This document shows positions 11,296 to 21,993 of a stretch of 57,618 bases of DNA, piece by piece. Both the position numbers and the translations under genes were made by a program. Below the pieces are notes generated by a model. It saw only the letters and a list, made by a program, of their open reading frames with translations. It had not been told where the DNA came from and ran no database searches. The stretch comes from Candidatus Poribacteria bacterium. Its GTDB lineage: Bacteria; Poribacteria; WGA-4E; UBA9662. How positions within the stretch are numbered: position 1 is the first letter of the stretch; every line of letters begins with the position of its first letter. The stretch spans positions 1 through 57,618 of the forward strand of contig JAYGDX010000163.1 of assembly GCA_046582655.1 (NCBI GenBank), read 5' to 3'.

Positions 11296-12017
11296 CTTAG
11301 CGACGTCCTATCTGAGAGTTTGTGTTAACCGCATACTTTTCGCATCACCATTTTCAATGGCCCCTTTTTATAATGGTTTGCCCACCACTTGGAGAAGATG
11401 AAGGCAAAGAGACCATATTAATTTATCCCTGGCTGGAGTCCTCAGTAGGATGAGAGAAAGAGATTGAAAGACAATGATGGCGAAGGCCACTGCCGCTTTT
11501 CCTGTCAGAGGGGATTCTCTTTTCGAAACCAAGACAGCGTAATTGACGATAATCATTCCCGTGATGGCGATGGCTCTAGCCATGTCTAGCCCTTCAGACG
11601 GCTGGAATGTGGATTAGCTGTCATTGTGTGTGCCTTCATCGTTCTATCGAATTGACAGACTGAATCTAGCGCTTGGAAATTGATTCATTGGCCTGTTAGT
11701 TGATTTCTTTATGGCTTGTTGTAGTGTAGGGGATTAGGATGTCACCTCTTAAAATTGAAGGTGTTAGGCCAACACAGTCTTTTTTGGTTGAGAACCTTCG
11801 CCATTTACATTTTAAGTAATATGTTGAGACACGGTCATAGTCTAACATGCACATTGTTGTTTGGCAAATGGGTGGTGGGATGTAAAGATACCTAAGAAGA
11901 CCATTATATGTTCGGTTATTAATGTTGACATTCAGTAAAGGGAAAGTTTGACGGTAGATCAAAATTATGATAGGTTGACATGGAATCATAAATACTTTCA
12001 GGAGATAAAAAAACAAA

Positions 12018-12995
12018 ATGCGTGTGGCAGTTGGGCAATTTAGTGAATTGACGGATGAAAGATTAACCTTTGCTGAACAACTGGGTGTGTCAGGAGTACA
12101 ACTCAATACACCAGCAATTTCTGGTGAAAAAGGATATTGGGAATATTCCGATCTGAAATCTCTCAAGGATAAAGCGGAAGATCGTGGCTTACGTTTGGAA
12201 GCGTTAGAAAACGTTCCAATCCACTTTTATGACAAAGCCATGCTAGGTCTGCCCGGTCGTGATCAGCAGATCGAGAATTACCAGACAACAATTGCCAACA
12301 TGGGTAAAGCTGGTATTCCAATTCTCGGTTACCATTGGATGCCGAACGGAGTTTGGCGAACCCCCCTAGTAAACGGACGAGGCGGAGCAACAGTTACCGC
12401 TTTTGATGCAGGCTTAATTAATGCGCAACCTTTGACGGCTGGAACTATGGAACTCGACATCTTGGAAGGGGGTACAATTAGCCATTCAGAGATGTGGGAT
12501 AATTATACCTATTTCATGGAAGCGGTTGTTCCTGTAGCTGAGGAATCGGTTGTCAAACTGGCATTGCATCCGGACGATCCTCCTGTACCCACACTTGGCG
12601 GTGTTGCTCGGTTGTTTTATGAGCCGGGAGGATTTCAACGGGCATTGGATGCCGTACCCAGTCCGAACAGCGGTCTCGATTTTTGTATGGGCTGTTTCTC
12701 CGAAATGGGGCCTGGTGTGGTTGAATCCATCCGTCACTTTGGTAGCATGGATAAAATTTTTTACGTCCATTTTCGGGATGTACAGGGGCATGTTCCATGT
12801 TTTCAAGAGTGCTTTATCGGTGAAGGTAATGTTGACGTGATTGATGCCATGCGAACACTAAAGGAAGTTGGGTTTTCTGGTTTTATTATTGATGATCATG
12901 TTCCAACCATGGTTTGTGACTCGAATTATTCTGGTCGTGCACACGCAACCGGTTATATTACTGCCTTAGTGGACGCAGTGATGAAACTGTGTTAG
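12018..12995 (+). CDS. uxuA: Mannonate dehydratase (UxuA) family protein
   Basis: ALENVP, GLPGRDQQIENY, GIPILGYHWM, KLALHPDDPP, GLDFCMG, IFYVHFRDV and DHVP motifs. The substrate is not certain. Confidence 0.8.
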   Translation: MRVAVGQFSELTDERLTFAEQLGVSGVQLNTPAISGEKGYWEYSDLKSLKDKAEDRGLRLEALENVPIHFYDKAMLGLPGRDQQIENYQTTIANMGKAGIPILGYHWMPNGVWRTPLVNGRGGATVTAFDAGLINAQPLTAGTMELDILEGGTISHSEMWDNYTYFMEAVVPVAEESVVKLALHPDDPPVPTLGGVARLFYEPGGFQRALDAVPSPNSGLDFCMGCFSEMGPGVVESIRHFGSMDKIFYVHFRDVQGHVPCFQECFIGEGNVDVIDAMRTLKEVGFSGFIIDDHVPTMVCDSNYSGRAHATGYITALVDAVMKLC

Positions 12996-13255
12996 TTGCG
13001 GATTATTCATCTGCCGAACCGATCTAGAATGAACAATTGGATTCTGTCGATTATCGGCTTGCTCGGATGGTGGTGTCGGTTGCTTTGAGTTGGATCTTCT
13101 TTTGATTATTATACTTCGAGCCATATACTGTACTAAGTAATAGCTAAAGAATGGCATCCTGCTGGGAATGGAGGCCTGAAGTTTGATCAGGTTATAGGTT
13201 GTTTAAGTACAGTATGGTGGAAATCTGACAAAGGTTCTGATCATGGGTTCTGATC

Positions 13256-14113
13256 ATGAATGGGATGCCACCAATTATGTCATGTCGTTCTCTTTCTTTT
13301 ATGTTTTCCCTTCTTGTGGCTTGCGTAAGTTGTGACTCGCAGTCACTCATTAAAAGAACAGTGGTGTTAGAGGTAGAGAAACTGCAGAAAAGTGAAACGG
13401 TAACCCCGATTCCAACTCTAATTCGCCGCTCTTTTAATCTGAGTTTGTTCTATAAAAAATATCTTTCAGCCAATGGTCTGCCGATTGTGAGTTCAGAGAA
13501 GGTGGCAGACGAAGCGTTCTTTGTCGCTCGTGATATCGTCTTCAAGATGGTGGAAAAAGAACCTCAGGTGCTCAAAAACTTGATAAGTCAAAAAATTCGT
13601 TTAGCCATTATGGCCCGAACAGAGGTGACAACCGATATTCCAGAACACAGCGATCTCTTCCAAGCGTTTCCGGGCACAGATTGGAACAAAAGAGCCCGTG
13701 GGCTCGGACCAACGTTAGCACGTCCTGCCTGCAGTGTGAGTGAAGAGAATCTGTTGGGATACAATGGGGATCCATATAGGGGAGAGAGCATTCTGATCCA
13801 TGAATTTTCCCATGCTATTCATCAAATCGGTATTAACTTAGAATCATTTAATCTCAAATTGACAGAGACTTACCAACACGCTATCAAAAGTGGTCTTTGG
13901 CAGAATGCCTACGCGGTTACAAACGCTTCAGAGTACTGGGCGGAAGGTGTTCAGTCGTGGTTTGACGCTAATCTGGAGAGTAGACCCGCCGACGGAATAC
14001 ATAATGAAATTAATACCCGAAACAAGCTAAAAAAGTATGATCCCAAGCTGGCAAAATTAATGTTAGAATGGTTCGTGGATGACGATTGGCGCTTTAAGTA
14101 TCCTAAACTGTAA
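13256..14113 (+). CDS. Secreted/lipoprotein zinc metallopeptidase-like protein (HEXXH)
   Basis: Hydrophobic N-terminus with Cys; ESILIHEFSHAIH motif and downstream YAVTNASEYWAEGVQSWF with a third-ligand Glu. Confidence 0.7.
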   Translation: MNGMPPIMSCRSLSFMFSLLVACVSCDSQSLIKRTVVLEVEKLQKSETVTPIPTLIRRSFNLSLFYKKYLSANGLPIVSSEKVADEAFFVARDIVFKMVEKEPQVLKNLISQKIRLAIMARTEVTTDIPEHSDLFQAFPGTDWNKRARGLGPTLARPACSVSEENLLGYNGDPYRGESILIHEFSHAIHQIGINLESFNLKLTETYQHAIKSGLWQNAYAVTNASEYWAEGVQSWFDANLESRPADGIHNEINTRNKLKKYDPKLAKLMLEWFVDDDWRFKYPKL

Positions 14114-14135
14114 GTTAAAAGATGGATAAACAGAA

Positions 14136-15380
14136 GTGAGCCAAAATAATATAGTTGTCGTTGGAACAGGAGATTATTATGTTCGAGTACTTTCTTGTGT
14201 ACTCAGTCAGTTGGAAGAGGAAAATTTTGCCAATGTTGTTGCAACAGTTGATATCACAGAAAGACGCAGATCGGAATATTTAACTGATGTGGAACATCGG
14301 ATCAGGACAGGTGGGCAGCGATTGAGCTCATTATTGTCAGATTTCTCTGAGTTCAATCCGATTGTGTTTTTGGGACACGCCAACCCATTTCATACTCCAG
14401 ATGCAATAGATCTAGTAAAAAACGGTTATCGTGTCATCATTCAGAAACCGTATTGTATTGATCAGATACAATTTTCCGATCTCTTATCAGAAGTACAGAA
14501 CAACGCATCGGCAATCTGCATGTTAGAATCCTGTCAGACGTGGAATGCTGTACTTTTGGCATTTTTAGCTGGGAAAATAAAAGAATGTGTCTTCGGCTTA
14601 ACGAGAGATTTTGGTCATCTCTGTTGTGATACGCATAAAAATCCGCTTTGGTTTTGGGGCAGAATTGAAGAGCTGATTGGTCCTCCTAGGTATATCCAGT
14701 CGAATATCCTAGAAGGATCAGCGGAGTCTGGAAGACTAGATCACCGCGGAAGTCACCTAATAGATTTGCAAGAGGGCGGCGGAATGATCCAAGATCTTGG
14801 GTTACATGCAATAGCCCCACTTTTAACACTGGAGGGTTATCTGGGACAAATTACAGACAGCAATTTTAATGGAACTGTCAGAATCGCTAGATGTCAAGAG
14901 TATCTTGATATGGTCAGGAATCATTTCCAGATACCTAAGGAACAGATTGGTGAAACCTATGCAGAGATTCAATTTGCAACTCAGATTGGTATCCCCATCA
15001 CGGTGTTAGTTGGGAAATATGTGCTGGGGAGGAACGAAAGAAATATTGTCGTTGTGGGAGATCAAGGGGTTTTGAACTTTGACATGAGCCACATGACCGC
15101 CTCACTGTTTACAAACTACACTTCTACTCAACACGTTTTAAGACTTCAAGATTTGCCACCTGTTCAGTATCCAACGATCAAGGATGCAATCAATGAGCTT
15201 TCAGGTAACAGCGTATTGACTTTTGATGTTTCAGCTAATAATTTAAGAGCTCAAGAATTCATTCTGAATATCTTGAAGTCGATTCGTTATGATCAGGAAA
15301 TACCGGTTTATTCTCAGTATGCGAAACTGATGCAGATAAACAAAGGATTTGGTGAGCCGATATCCTCAACAAGGCTGTGA
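14136..15380 (+). CDS. Divergent Gfo/Idh/MocA-like oxidoreductase
   Basis: IVVVGTG N-terminus, H..AIDLVKNGYRVIIQKP (EKP variant) and GGGMIQDLGLH. Confidence 0.65.
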   Translation: MSQNNIVVVGTGDYYVRVLSCVLSQLEEENFANVVATVDITERRRSEYLTDVEHRIRTGGQRLSSLLSDFSEFNPIVFLGHANPFHTPDAIDLVKNGYRVIIQKPYCIDQIQFSDLLSEVQNNASAICMLESCQTWNAVLLAFLAGKIKECVFGLTRDFGHLCCDTHKNPLWFWGRIEELIGPPRYIQSNILEGSAESGRLDHRGSHLIDLQEGGGMIQDLGLHAIAPLLTLEGYLGQITDSNFNGTVRIARCQEYLDMVRNHFQIPKEQIGETYAEIQFATQIGIPITVLVGKYVLGRNERNIVVVGDQGVLNFDMSHMTASLFTNYTSTQHVLRLQDLPPVQYPTIKDAINELSGNSVLTFDVSANNLRAQEFILNILKSIRYDQEIPVYSQYAKLMQINKGFGEPISSTRL

Positions 15381-15392
15381 AAGGAGTTAAGA

Positions 15393-15644
15393 ATGAAACC
15401 AATAACAAAGAATTTCGGTTTTGCTTTCTTTTTTCTTTCATATCTCATTGTTGGACTAACCTCTTTCGCTGGAGAAATCAAAGAGGAATTTGATTCTCCA
15501 AAACTTAACCCCAAGTTGTGGAAGGTGACCACTGTGGGGAGGGCATCGTTTAAGATCGAAAAAGGGAAGTTGATTTTGACTTCAGATAATGTGGAAGATG
15601 GCATTTTCCTCTACTATATTAGAAAGTATAGCTTCTTGCCTTGA
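15393..15644 (+). pseudogene. Truncated secreted protein (N-terminal fragment)
   Basis: AAGGAG RBS and signal peptide followed by about 50 aa of beta-rich sequence (IKEEFDSPKLNPKLWKV..FKIEKGKLILTS), which runs into AT-rich non-coding-like DNA. Confidence 0.5.
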
Positions 15645-16009
15645 GGCAGATTGTCGTCAACTAGTTTCCTCAGCTATAATTACTCTCCATTTAAATGTGT
15701 TAATCTTTTTAATGCTGACGAAATCACTGACTACTCTACACCAAAGTAGATTTGCAAACACTTTTACATCTTATTTCCAGTTATTTTATCGATTTGTTCT
15801 AGCTAACTGCGTCCTGAATTTAGCAATTATGGAATTGTCATGGTAACCACTGTCAAACGTTGTTAGATGGTGGTTCAATTGAGAGCGTTGGCTTTTGCAC
15901 ATCCACGTAAATTATAGTTTGATCTATTACGCGCTATTGAGTTATTGAATCGGAAAGGGAATCTCAGCAGAAATTTGTTCTATTAGTTGATATTCTGAAT
16001 TGATTGGGG

Positions 16010-16966
16010 TTAAAAGGATTTTCGGAGTAGAATTCGGTTTTCAATGGCGAACGATGAAATCTCCATCTTCCAGTCGAGTTGTGTACGTGATTGGGATGTG
16101 TTTTTCTGGTTATAATTTTTGGCTGCAATCCGGGCATCAACTGCACTGACAATGTGATTAAACATGACCAACCCAAGGAAAATCTTTGCGCGTTCAAATT
16201 TATCGTTGGCGTTCTTCCTGAAATTGTATGCGATTTGGCGTTGCCGAGACGGTGGCCCCCCATCTCCCTGTCTTTTTGTTTCGTCTTTGTAGGTTTCTAG
16301 ATCTTTCCAGTACCATAATCCAACTCTTTCAAGAGTTTTTAATTGCTGTAGATCAAGCCTTTGCAGTTGGTCAACTATTTGTTCTTTATCAAGCACATCG
16401 ACTGAACGATATCCTTCCTCAATCTTTCCCATGTCGGCGTTGTAGATATTTCGCCAATTTGCAAATTCTGTAGAGTGCTCAAAGTCTTCCACAAGATCCC
16501 ATTTGTCAAAGGCACAGGGGATTTCAATACGTTCACCAGAGTTGCTATGGACAAAAGAGAAGGATTCCAGATCCCCACCGCAGCCACCATCAAAACGAAC
16601 AGATTCGCGAACCTGTGCGCGGTAGTTATGACGATCATTATCCGCGTTGCCATGAATTATAAAATAACTAGTCAGTAAGGCAATCTCAGCGGCAATCATA
16701 CCATAGCCTCTTTTTGCTTTGCTGTGAATCTGACCGTAACCCGGAATAAGCAGTGAGTATAAAAACGCACGATTCGGATTTCTGGGTGTCTCCGGCTCTA
16801 TACTTTGTGGTTGAGTAAGCAATTTTTGTTTCTGATTGGTGGCTGTGTTGATCAGGAAAGTGGATGATTGGTGTAGAAAGGTGTCATAGAGATTGGGTTC
16901 AGCAAATGCACTTAAGGAAACGTTAATTAACAGCGATATAGTAGCAATCAAGGTAACGGGTTTCAT
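16010..16966 (-). CDS. Conserved hypothetical exported/membrane protein (DUF5683-like)
   Basis: Signal peptide; NPNRAFLYSLLIPGYGQI motif and C-terminal FNHIVSAVDARIAAKNYN; AAGGA RBS. Confidence 0.6.
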   Translation of the reverse strand: MKPVTLIATISLLINVSLSAFAEPNLYDTFLHQSSTFLINTATNQKQKLLTQPQSIEPETPRNPNRAFLYSLLIPGYGQIHSKAKRGYGMIAAEIALLTSYFIIHGNADNDRHNYRAQVRESVRFDGGCGGDLESFSFVHSNSGERIEIPCAFDKWDLVEDFEHSTEFANWRNIYNADMGKIEEGYRSVDVLDKEQIVDQLQRLDLQQLKTLERVGLWYWKDLETYKDETKRQGDGGPPSRQRQIAYNFRKNANDKFERAKIFLGLVMFNHIVSAVDARIAAKNYNQKNTSQSRTQLDWKMEISSFAIENRILLRKSF

Positions 16967-16980
16967 CCAGATTCCTTTGA

Positions 16981-18153
16981 TTAAAAGATAAACTTCAGCG
17001 CGACGACATTTAAACGCTTGTTGTACGGTCCCCCGCCAGGGATTTGGGCGTAGTCGAGTTGGCCAAAATAGACGCGGAAACCCAATCCATACGTTAGGTG
17101 ATCAGAAAATCCGGGTAGATTGATCCCCGGTTCCCTCTTATAACCAACGCGAAGAAAAATCAGTTTGCCAAGTGAATACTCGACACCAAGGCTCTTATGT
17201 AAATGCCTCCATTCGAAAGCGTTTAGTCCAACACCTCGTTCTGACATCAACTGTCTTCGTGTCATGTCAGGATTTTGATCAAGAAATGCTGTGACACCTT
17301 TTTCGTCGTCTTCTCGCAGTTTATCAATTTCTGCTGTCAAGTCAGCCACAAATTGCAGTTTGTGGTATCCGATGTCGAGTAACGTCATTGCTGTTCCTGA
17401 TCGGAAAATTCGAGGTAGCGGATCGCTTTGGTTTTCATCTTTAAACTTAATTCGGGTTCCCCAATTTTGTACTGCAGCAGCGACACGAACTGGGACTGGA
17501 GTATGTGGGAAGTCGTACTGTATACCGAAATCGATGGCGTAGGCTCGTCCACCATATTGGGCGAGTTTCTGACGAATAATTTTTCCGCTAACACCAGCAG
17601 AAAGCCCCTCTGAGAGTTGATCAGCATAAGATAGTGTCAGTGCCCAATTTGTACCAAGGTTTTCCTCACGCAGTACTTCAGGTGAATCGGCCGTTACCTG
17701 AATCGTTCCTTGACCTTGAACTTGAAGGCTGATACCAACCATGCCGATATCTTCAATATGAGAGGCTCCAGCGAAAAGGGCGTAATACAATCCTTCACTT
17801 GCATCACCAAAAAGCTCTTTATAGTCGGTGTAAGAGAGAATCGTTTGTGTTTCCTTCAATTTACTCAAACCACTTGGATTCCAAAAGATACTGGTTACAT
17901 CCCCTCCAATAGCGGAAAATGCATCACCAAGCGAAGCTGCTCGGGTTCCTCCTCCCAAATTCAGAATCTGTGCGCCTGTTCGTCCTGCTCCAGCTATGGC
18001 GATGGTGTTCGCTAACAGGCTAATAACCAAGGAAATAACTAAGAGGAAAAGTTTCTTTTGTTGCTTCATTCTCTGGATCTCCGTATAATTTTCGAGCATA
18101 TTGCTGGAATCCGATTGTCGACCGCTCAAAACGAAAACGTCTTCAGTTTTCAT
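16981..18153 (-). CDS. PorV/PorQ-like (FadL-fold, UPF0164) outer-membrane beta-barrel
   Basis: GAQILNLGGGTRAASLGDAFSAIGGDVTSIFWNPSGL is the typical N-terminus of this family; amphipathic strands and terminal Phe. The likely start is MKQQ at 18069. Confidence 0.75.
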   Translation of the reverse strand: MKTEDVFVLSGRQSDSSNMLENYTEIQRMKQQKKLFLLVISLVISLLANTIAIAGAGRTGAQILNLGGGTRAASLGDAFSAIGGDVTSIFWNPSGLSKLKETQTILSYTDYKELFGDASEGLYYALFAGASHIEDIGMVGISLQVQGQGTIQVTADSPEVLREENLGTNWALTLSYADQLSEGLSAGVSGKIIRQKLAQYGGRAYAIDFGIQYDFPHTPVPVRVAAAVQNWGTRIKFKDENQSDPLPRIFRSGTAMTLLDIGYHKLQFVADLTAEIDKLREDDEKGVTAFLDQNPDMTRRQLMSERGVGLNAFEWRHLHKSLGVEYSLGKLIFLRVGYKREPGINLPGFSDHLTYGLGFRVYFGQLDYAQIPGGGPYNKRLNVVALKFIF

Positions 18154-18343
18154 AAGGTTTACATTAGGCTGGTATTGTCTGCTTCAAATGTAATGGGCAC
18201 ATAGTTGTGGGAAAATATGTCAATAGTCCTCGTGGCACAAAGTTATCCTAATTGTTGTGTCTTTTGCTAATCGGTTTTCACGTTTGGTATATGAGTATCG
18301 ATTGAAAAGTAGCTGTTTTTACTGTTTGCAGTAGTAGCTAAAA

Positions 18344-19930
18344 TTGAATTGGGGTCGTGTGAAAAAAGGTCTTCTACTTAGTAGTATTTCTGGGGTTTTG
18401 CTGGTCTTAAGCACTGCTGGGATTGGTTGGTATCCACTAGCATGGATAGCAATTATTCCATTGCTGATTGCCATTAAAAGCGCCAAAAATACGAAATCAG
18501 CGTTTCTCATTGGTTACCTGAGTGGATCAATTCATTTCCTTGGCACAGCCTACTGGATTGCCTTATTGTACCCATACGCAAATACAGGTTGGTTTGTCAG
18601 TGATGTGGCTGTAACTACTATCCTTTACTTACTTCTGTCTTTATATCTCGCCGTTTATTCTGCTGTTTTCGCGGTAGTGCTGAGGCGATTGACTTGGTCG
18701 GTCTTACCGATGATATTTGTTTCAGCTACTATCTGGACAGCATGTGAATGGATTGCAAGTTGGTTGTTAACCGGATTCCCGTGGGGAAGCCTAGGCTATA
18801 CGCAGTGGAAAAATTTGCCTGTAATTCAAATATCGTCGATATTTGGGATTCACGGTGTAAGTTTCGTAATCGTGCTATTTAACGCTACAGGGGCAGAACT
18901 TATCCATGCCAGGACGAGTTGGCGTGTACAGATTAAATATGCGACAGTGCCACTAATAATAATATTAATGGTATTCGTTTTCGGTGTTTTGGTAATGCGT
19001 CCGGTTGAGTTTTCAGATGTCTCGAAAATCAAGATTGGCATTATACCTGGCAATATCCGCCAGATTGATAAGTGGCAAAACAAAAATTTCGATGCCATCT
19101 TCCGCAAATATCTCAATTTGATAAAGGAGGTGAGTGATAAGCATTCTGATCTTAGCTTCATTACTCTTGCTGAGACGGCAATTCCTCAAGCGATCTTTTA
19201 CAACCAAGAAAACATGTATCAGAAGGCGTTGAAACAACTTCTAAGAGATCAACAACTTAATCTACTAGTTGGTACACCAAACTACTCGGAGGGTAAGGCG
19301 TACAATAGCGTGTTTTTGCTGAATTCAAAAGGCGATCAGGCAGGTGTTTATTCTAAGATGCACCTTGTCCCTTTTGGAGAATACACACCGATAGCCAGTT
19401 TTTTCCCGGATCTGATACAAGAATCTGGTTGGGAAGCGGGTAAATCGTATGATATTTTCCCAATTCCTTCTACCTTAGGCTTGGAAATGGGTGTAGCCAT
19501 TTGTTATGAGTCATCGTTTCCTAATCTTGTCCGTCGATTTGTCAAGAAAGGTGCGGTCATAATAGGTGTTTTGACCAACGATGCATGGTTTGAGGGAACG
19601 GCAGCACCTACTCAGCATCTTTCAATGGCGCCCTTTCGTGCTGTAGAGAACCGTGTATCCGTTTTTCGTTGCGCTAATGGCGGAATTTCATGTATAATTG
19701 ACAAATTTGGCAGAGTTGGGAAAGAACAGATATTACCTGAAGAGCAGGATGGTTTTCTGATCGGCTCCATTGCGCTGAAGCATCAGAAAAAGGAAACAAT
19801 TTATACTCTTTATGGTGATTGGTTCCCAATTGCTTGTTTCGTAATTAGTCTAGGCTTAATTGGGTTTCTGCTACTGCTTCAATTCGGTATCATCAACAAT
19901 TACGATAGTGGTAGGGAAAGATCTAATTGA
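18344..19930 (+). CDS. lnt: Apolipoprotein N-acyltransferase
   Basis: Multi-TM N-terminus, TGFPW, YSKMHLVPFGEY, ICYES, TNDAWF, RAVEN and CANGGIS nitrilase-fold motifs. Confidence 0.95.
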   Translation: MNWGRVKKGLLLSSISGVLLVLSTAGIGWYPLAWIAIIPLLIAIKSAKNTKSAFLIGYLSGSIHFLGTAYWIALLYPYANTGWFVSDVAVTTILYLLLSLYLAVYSAVFAVVLRRLTWSVLPMIFVSATIWTACEWIASWLLTGFPWGSLGYTQWKNLPVIQISSIFGIHGVSFVIVLFNATGAELIHARTSWRVQIKYATVPLIIILMVFVFGVLVMRPVEFSDVSKIKIGIIPGNIRQIDKWQNKNFDAIFRKYLNLIKEVSDKHSDLSFITLAETAIPQAIFYNQENMYQKALKQLLRDQQLNLLVGTPNYSEGKAYNSVFLLNSKGDQAGVYSKMHLVPFGEYTPIASFFPDLIQESGWEAGKSYDIFPIPSTLGLEMGVAICYESSFPNLVRRFVKKGAVIIGVLTNDAWFEGTAAPTQHLSMAPFRAVENRVSVFRCANGGISCIIDKFGRVGKEQILPEEQDGFLIGSIALKHQKKETIYTLYGDWFPIACFVISLGLIGFLLLLQFGIINNYDSGRERSN

Positions 19931-20829
19931 TGACCCTGCTAACAATAGTTGACAAGTCACTGTGTGCTTTATTAGAAGAAATATTGTTGGATCAGGGTGA
20001 TCAAGTTGTTGTTGCAACTGATCTTGAAGAGATTCGGAGTGTCCTGGTTGAAAGGATGTCTCCTGCCGTTGTTCTGCTTGACTTTGACCGTCAGTCCGAG
20101 CTGGCTGAGATTTGTCAACAAAACCGTCAGGAAAAAATAGATTTCCCTTTGTATACGTTAGCTTTGGTAAATGACGATCAATTAGGTGATCTCATGTTTA
20201 AAGAAGGAATTGATGATTTCCTGAGATTACCTATCTGTTTGGGTGGATTGAGGGTTCGTCTGAGAGCCGCTAAACGGATTCTTGCTCTTGAAATGGAATT
20301 AGCGAATACTCGAAAAAATCTCCACCATACGGCCTCGCATGATTCGATGACGGGATTACTCAATCACAAAGGGATTATCGATGTGTTACGACAAAAATTT
20401 GATCTCCTTGGAATTAGCGATCAACCTGAACCTGTAAGTATTGTTATGATGGATCTTGATAGTTTTAAGAATATAAATGATACCTATGGCCATCTCATTG
20501 GAGATAGTGTTATTTGCCAAACCTCACAGAGATTACGGGAGCTCACCAGGTCTGTTGATGCTATTGGACGCTATGGTGGTGATGAATTTCTGATTGTGCT
20601 GAACAACTGTGGTGCCAAGGATGCGTTTCGGTTGGCAGAGCGTATTAGGTCTGCGGTAGAAGAAGATTTAGTGACGATTCCGGATGGTGTAATGAATACT
20701 ACAATAAGTGTTGGCGTAGCCACGGTGTGTCAGGAGAATGGAAGTGCGTTAGATCTAATTGGCAAGGCGGATGCGGCGCTTTATAAAGCTAAGAAGGATG
20801 GAGGAAACAGGGTAAGGATTGCTGAGTAA
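19927..20829 (+). CDS. Diguanylate cyclase with degenerate receiver domain
   Basis: HDSMTGLLN, DLDSFKNINDTYGHLIGD, RSVD (RxxD I-site) and intact GGDEF; ADAALYKAK. Confidence 0.9.
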   Translation: MMTLLTIVDKSLCALLEEILLDQGDQVVVATDLEEIRSVLVERMSPAVVLLDFDRQSELAEICQQNRQEKIDFPLYTLALVNDDQLGDLMFKEGIDDFLRLPICLGGLRVRLRAAKRILALEMELANTRKNLHHTASHDSMTGLLNHKGIIDVLRQKFDLLGISDQPEPVSIVMMDLDSFKNINDTYGHLIGDSVICQTSQRLRELTRSVDAIGRYGGDEFLIVLNNCGAKDAFRLAERIRSAVEEDLVTIPDGVMNTTISVGVATVCQENGSALDLIGKADAALYKAKKDGGNRVRIAE

Positions 20830-20863
20830 TGGGCATTAGTGAATTTGAAAATTTTAGGAGAAA

Positions 20864-21977
20864 ATGAAAATGCTGTCAGATTTGCGAACTGAGATTGAAA
20901 CCATTTCGAGTCGCTTGATCGAAATACGAGGTTATCTTTGACTTAGATCAAAAGGGAGAGGACTTAAATCGGCTTGAAAAACGGGCAACCGACCCCGATT
21001 TTTGGAATGATTCTCAAGTTGCTCAAAAAGTAACACAGCAAATCTCGCGGTTGCAGGGTGAGATTGAAGAATACAACAAAATAGGTGGTCAACTTGAGGA
21101 TCTACAAGTCTTAATTGAATTGGCAATCGAAGAGGATGAAGAAGGTCTATCCGAGGAAATCGATGGTAACTTGCGTCAGGTTACTTACCAGATAAACCAG
21201 CTCGAACTGAAGATCATGCTCGCTGGCGAGCATGATCATAGTAACGCGATTATCAATATTCGTCCTGGTGCTGGTGGAACAGAATCTCAGGATTGGGCGC
21301 GTATGCTAATGCGGATGTATCTGCGTTGGTGTGAGCGGCAAAACTACAAAACAGAGACGATCGAATTAACTCCTGCTGAAGAGGCCGGAATCAAAAGCGC
21401 GACCATTCTTGTGAGTGGAGATCCCGCCTTTGGGTATCTTCAGGCTGAAGCAGGTATTCACCGACTTGTTCGGATCTCACCTTTTGACTTCAATAATCGA
21501 CGTCATACCTCCTTTGCGTCACTGTCTGTCACCCCTGAAATCGATGATGATATTGGAGTAGAAATCAATCCGAGCGATATACGGATTGATTTCTATCGTG
21601 CTGGAGGTGCTGGCGGTCAGCATGTCAATACCACTGATTCTGCTGTGCGTATCACCCACGAACCAACTGGTATCGTTGCGCAATGCCAAAATGAGAGATC
21701 TCAACATAAGAATCGTGAGTTGGCGATGAAAGTGCTGAGATCCCGGCTTTACGAACATTATCAAGCAGAGCAGCGCAAAGAAATGGAACAGCTTCAAGGC
21801 ATTCGACCGGACATAAATTTTGGCAGCCAGATTAGATCTTATGTCATGCATCCGTACCGACTGGTTAAAGATGCCCGAACCGAGATCGAAACAGGGAATG
21901 TTGATGCTGTCCTAGATGGGGATCTTAATGCGTTCATTGAAGCTTATCTTAAGCTTAGACAGAAAAACCAAGGTTAA
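20864..21977 (+). CDS. prfB: Peptide chain release factor 2, expressed by programmed +1 frameshift
   Basis: AGGAG RBS; ATG 20864 MKMLSDLRTEIETISSRLIEIRGYL, then CTT TGA C (20936-20942). The +1 frame continues into ORF 21051-21977 with SPF and GGQ motifs. Confidence 0.96.
20927..20942 (+). promoter_or_regulatory. prfB autoregulatory +1 frameshift cassette
   Basis: CGAGGT-TAT-CTTTGAC: an internal SD-like sequence, 3-nt spacer and the slippery CUU-UGA-C. Confidence 0.93.
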
Positions 21978-21993
21978 AAAAAGGGACTTTTAA

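Noticed and set aside
13233..13258. Tandem 13-nt duplication GGTTCTGATCATG at the start of the HEXXH gene
   Set aside because: Only two copies with no recognisable function; probably a local slippage duplication.
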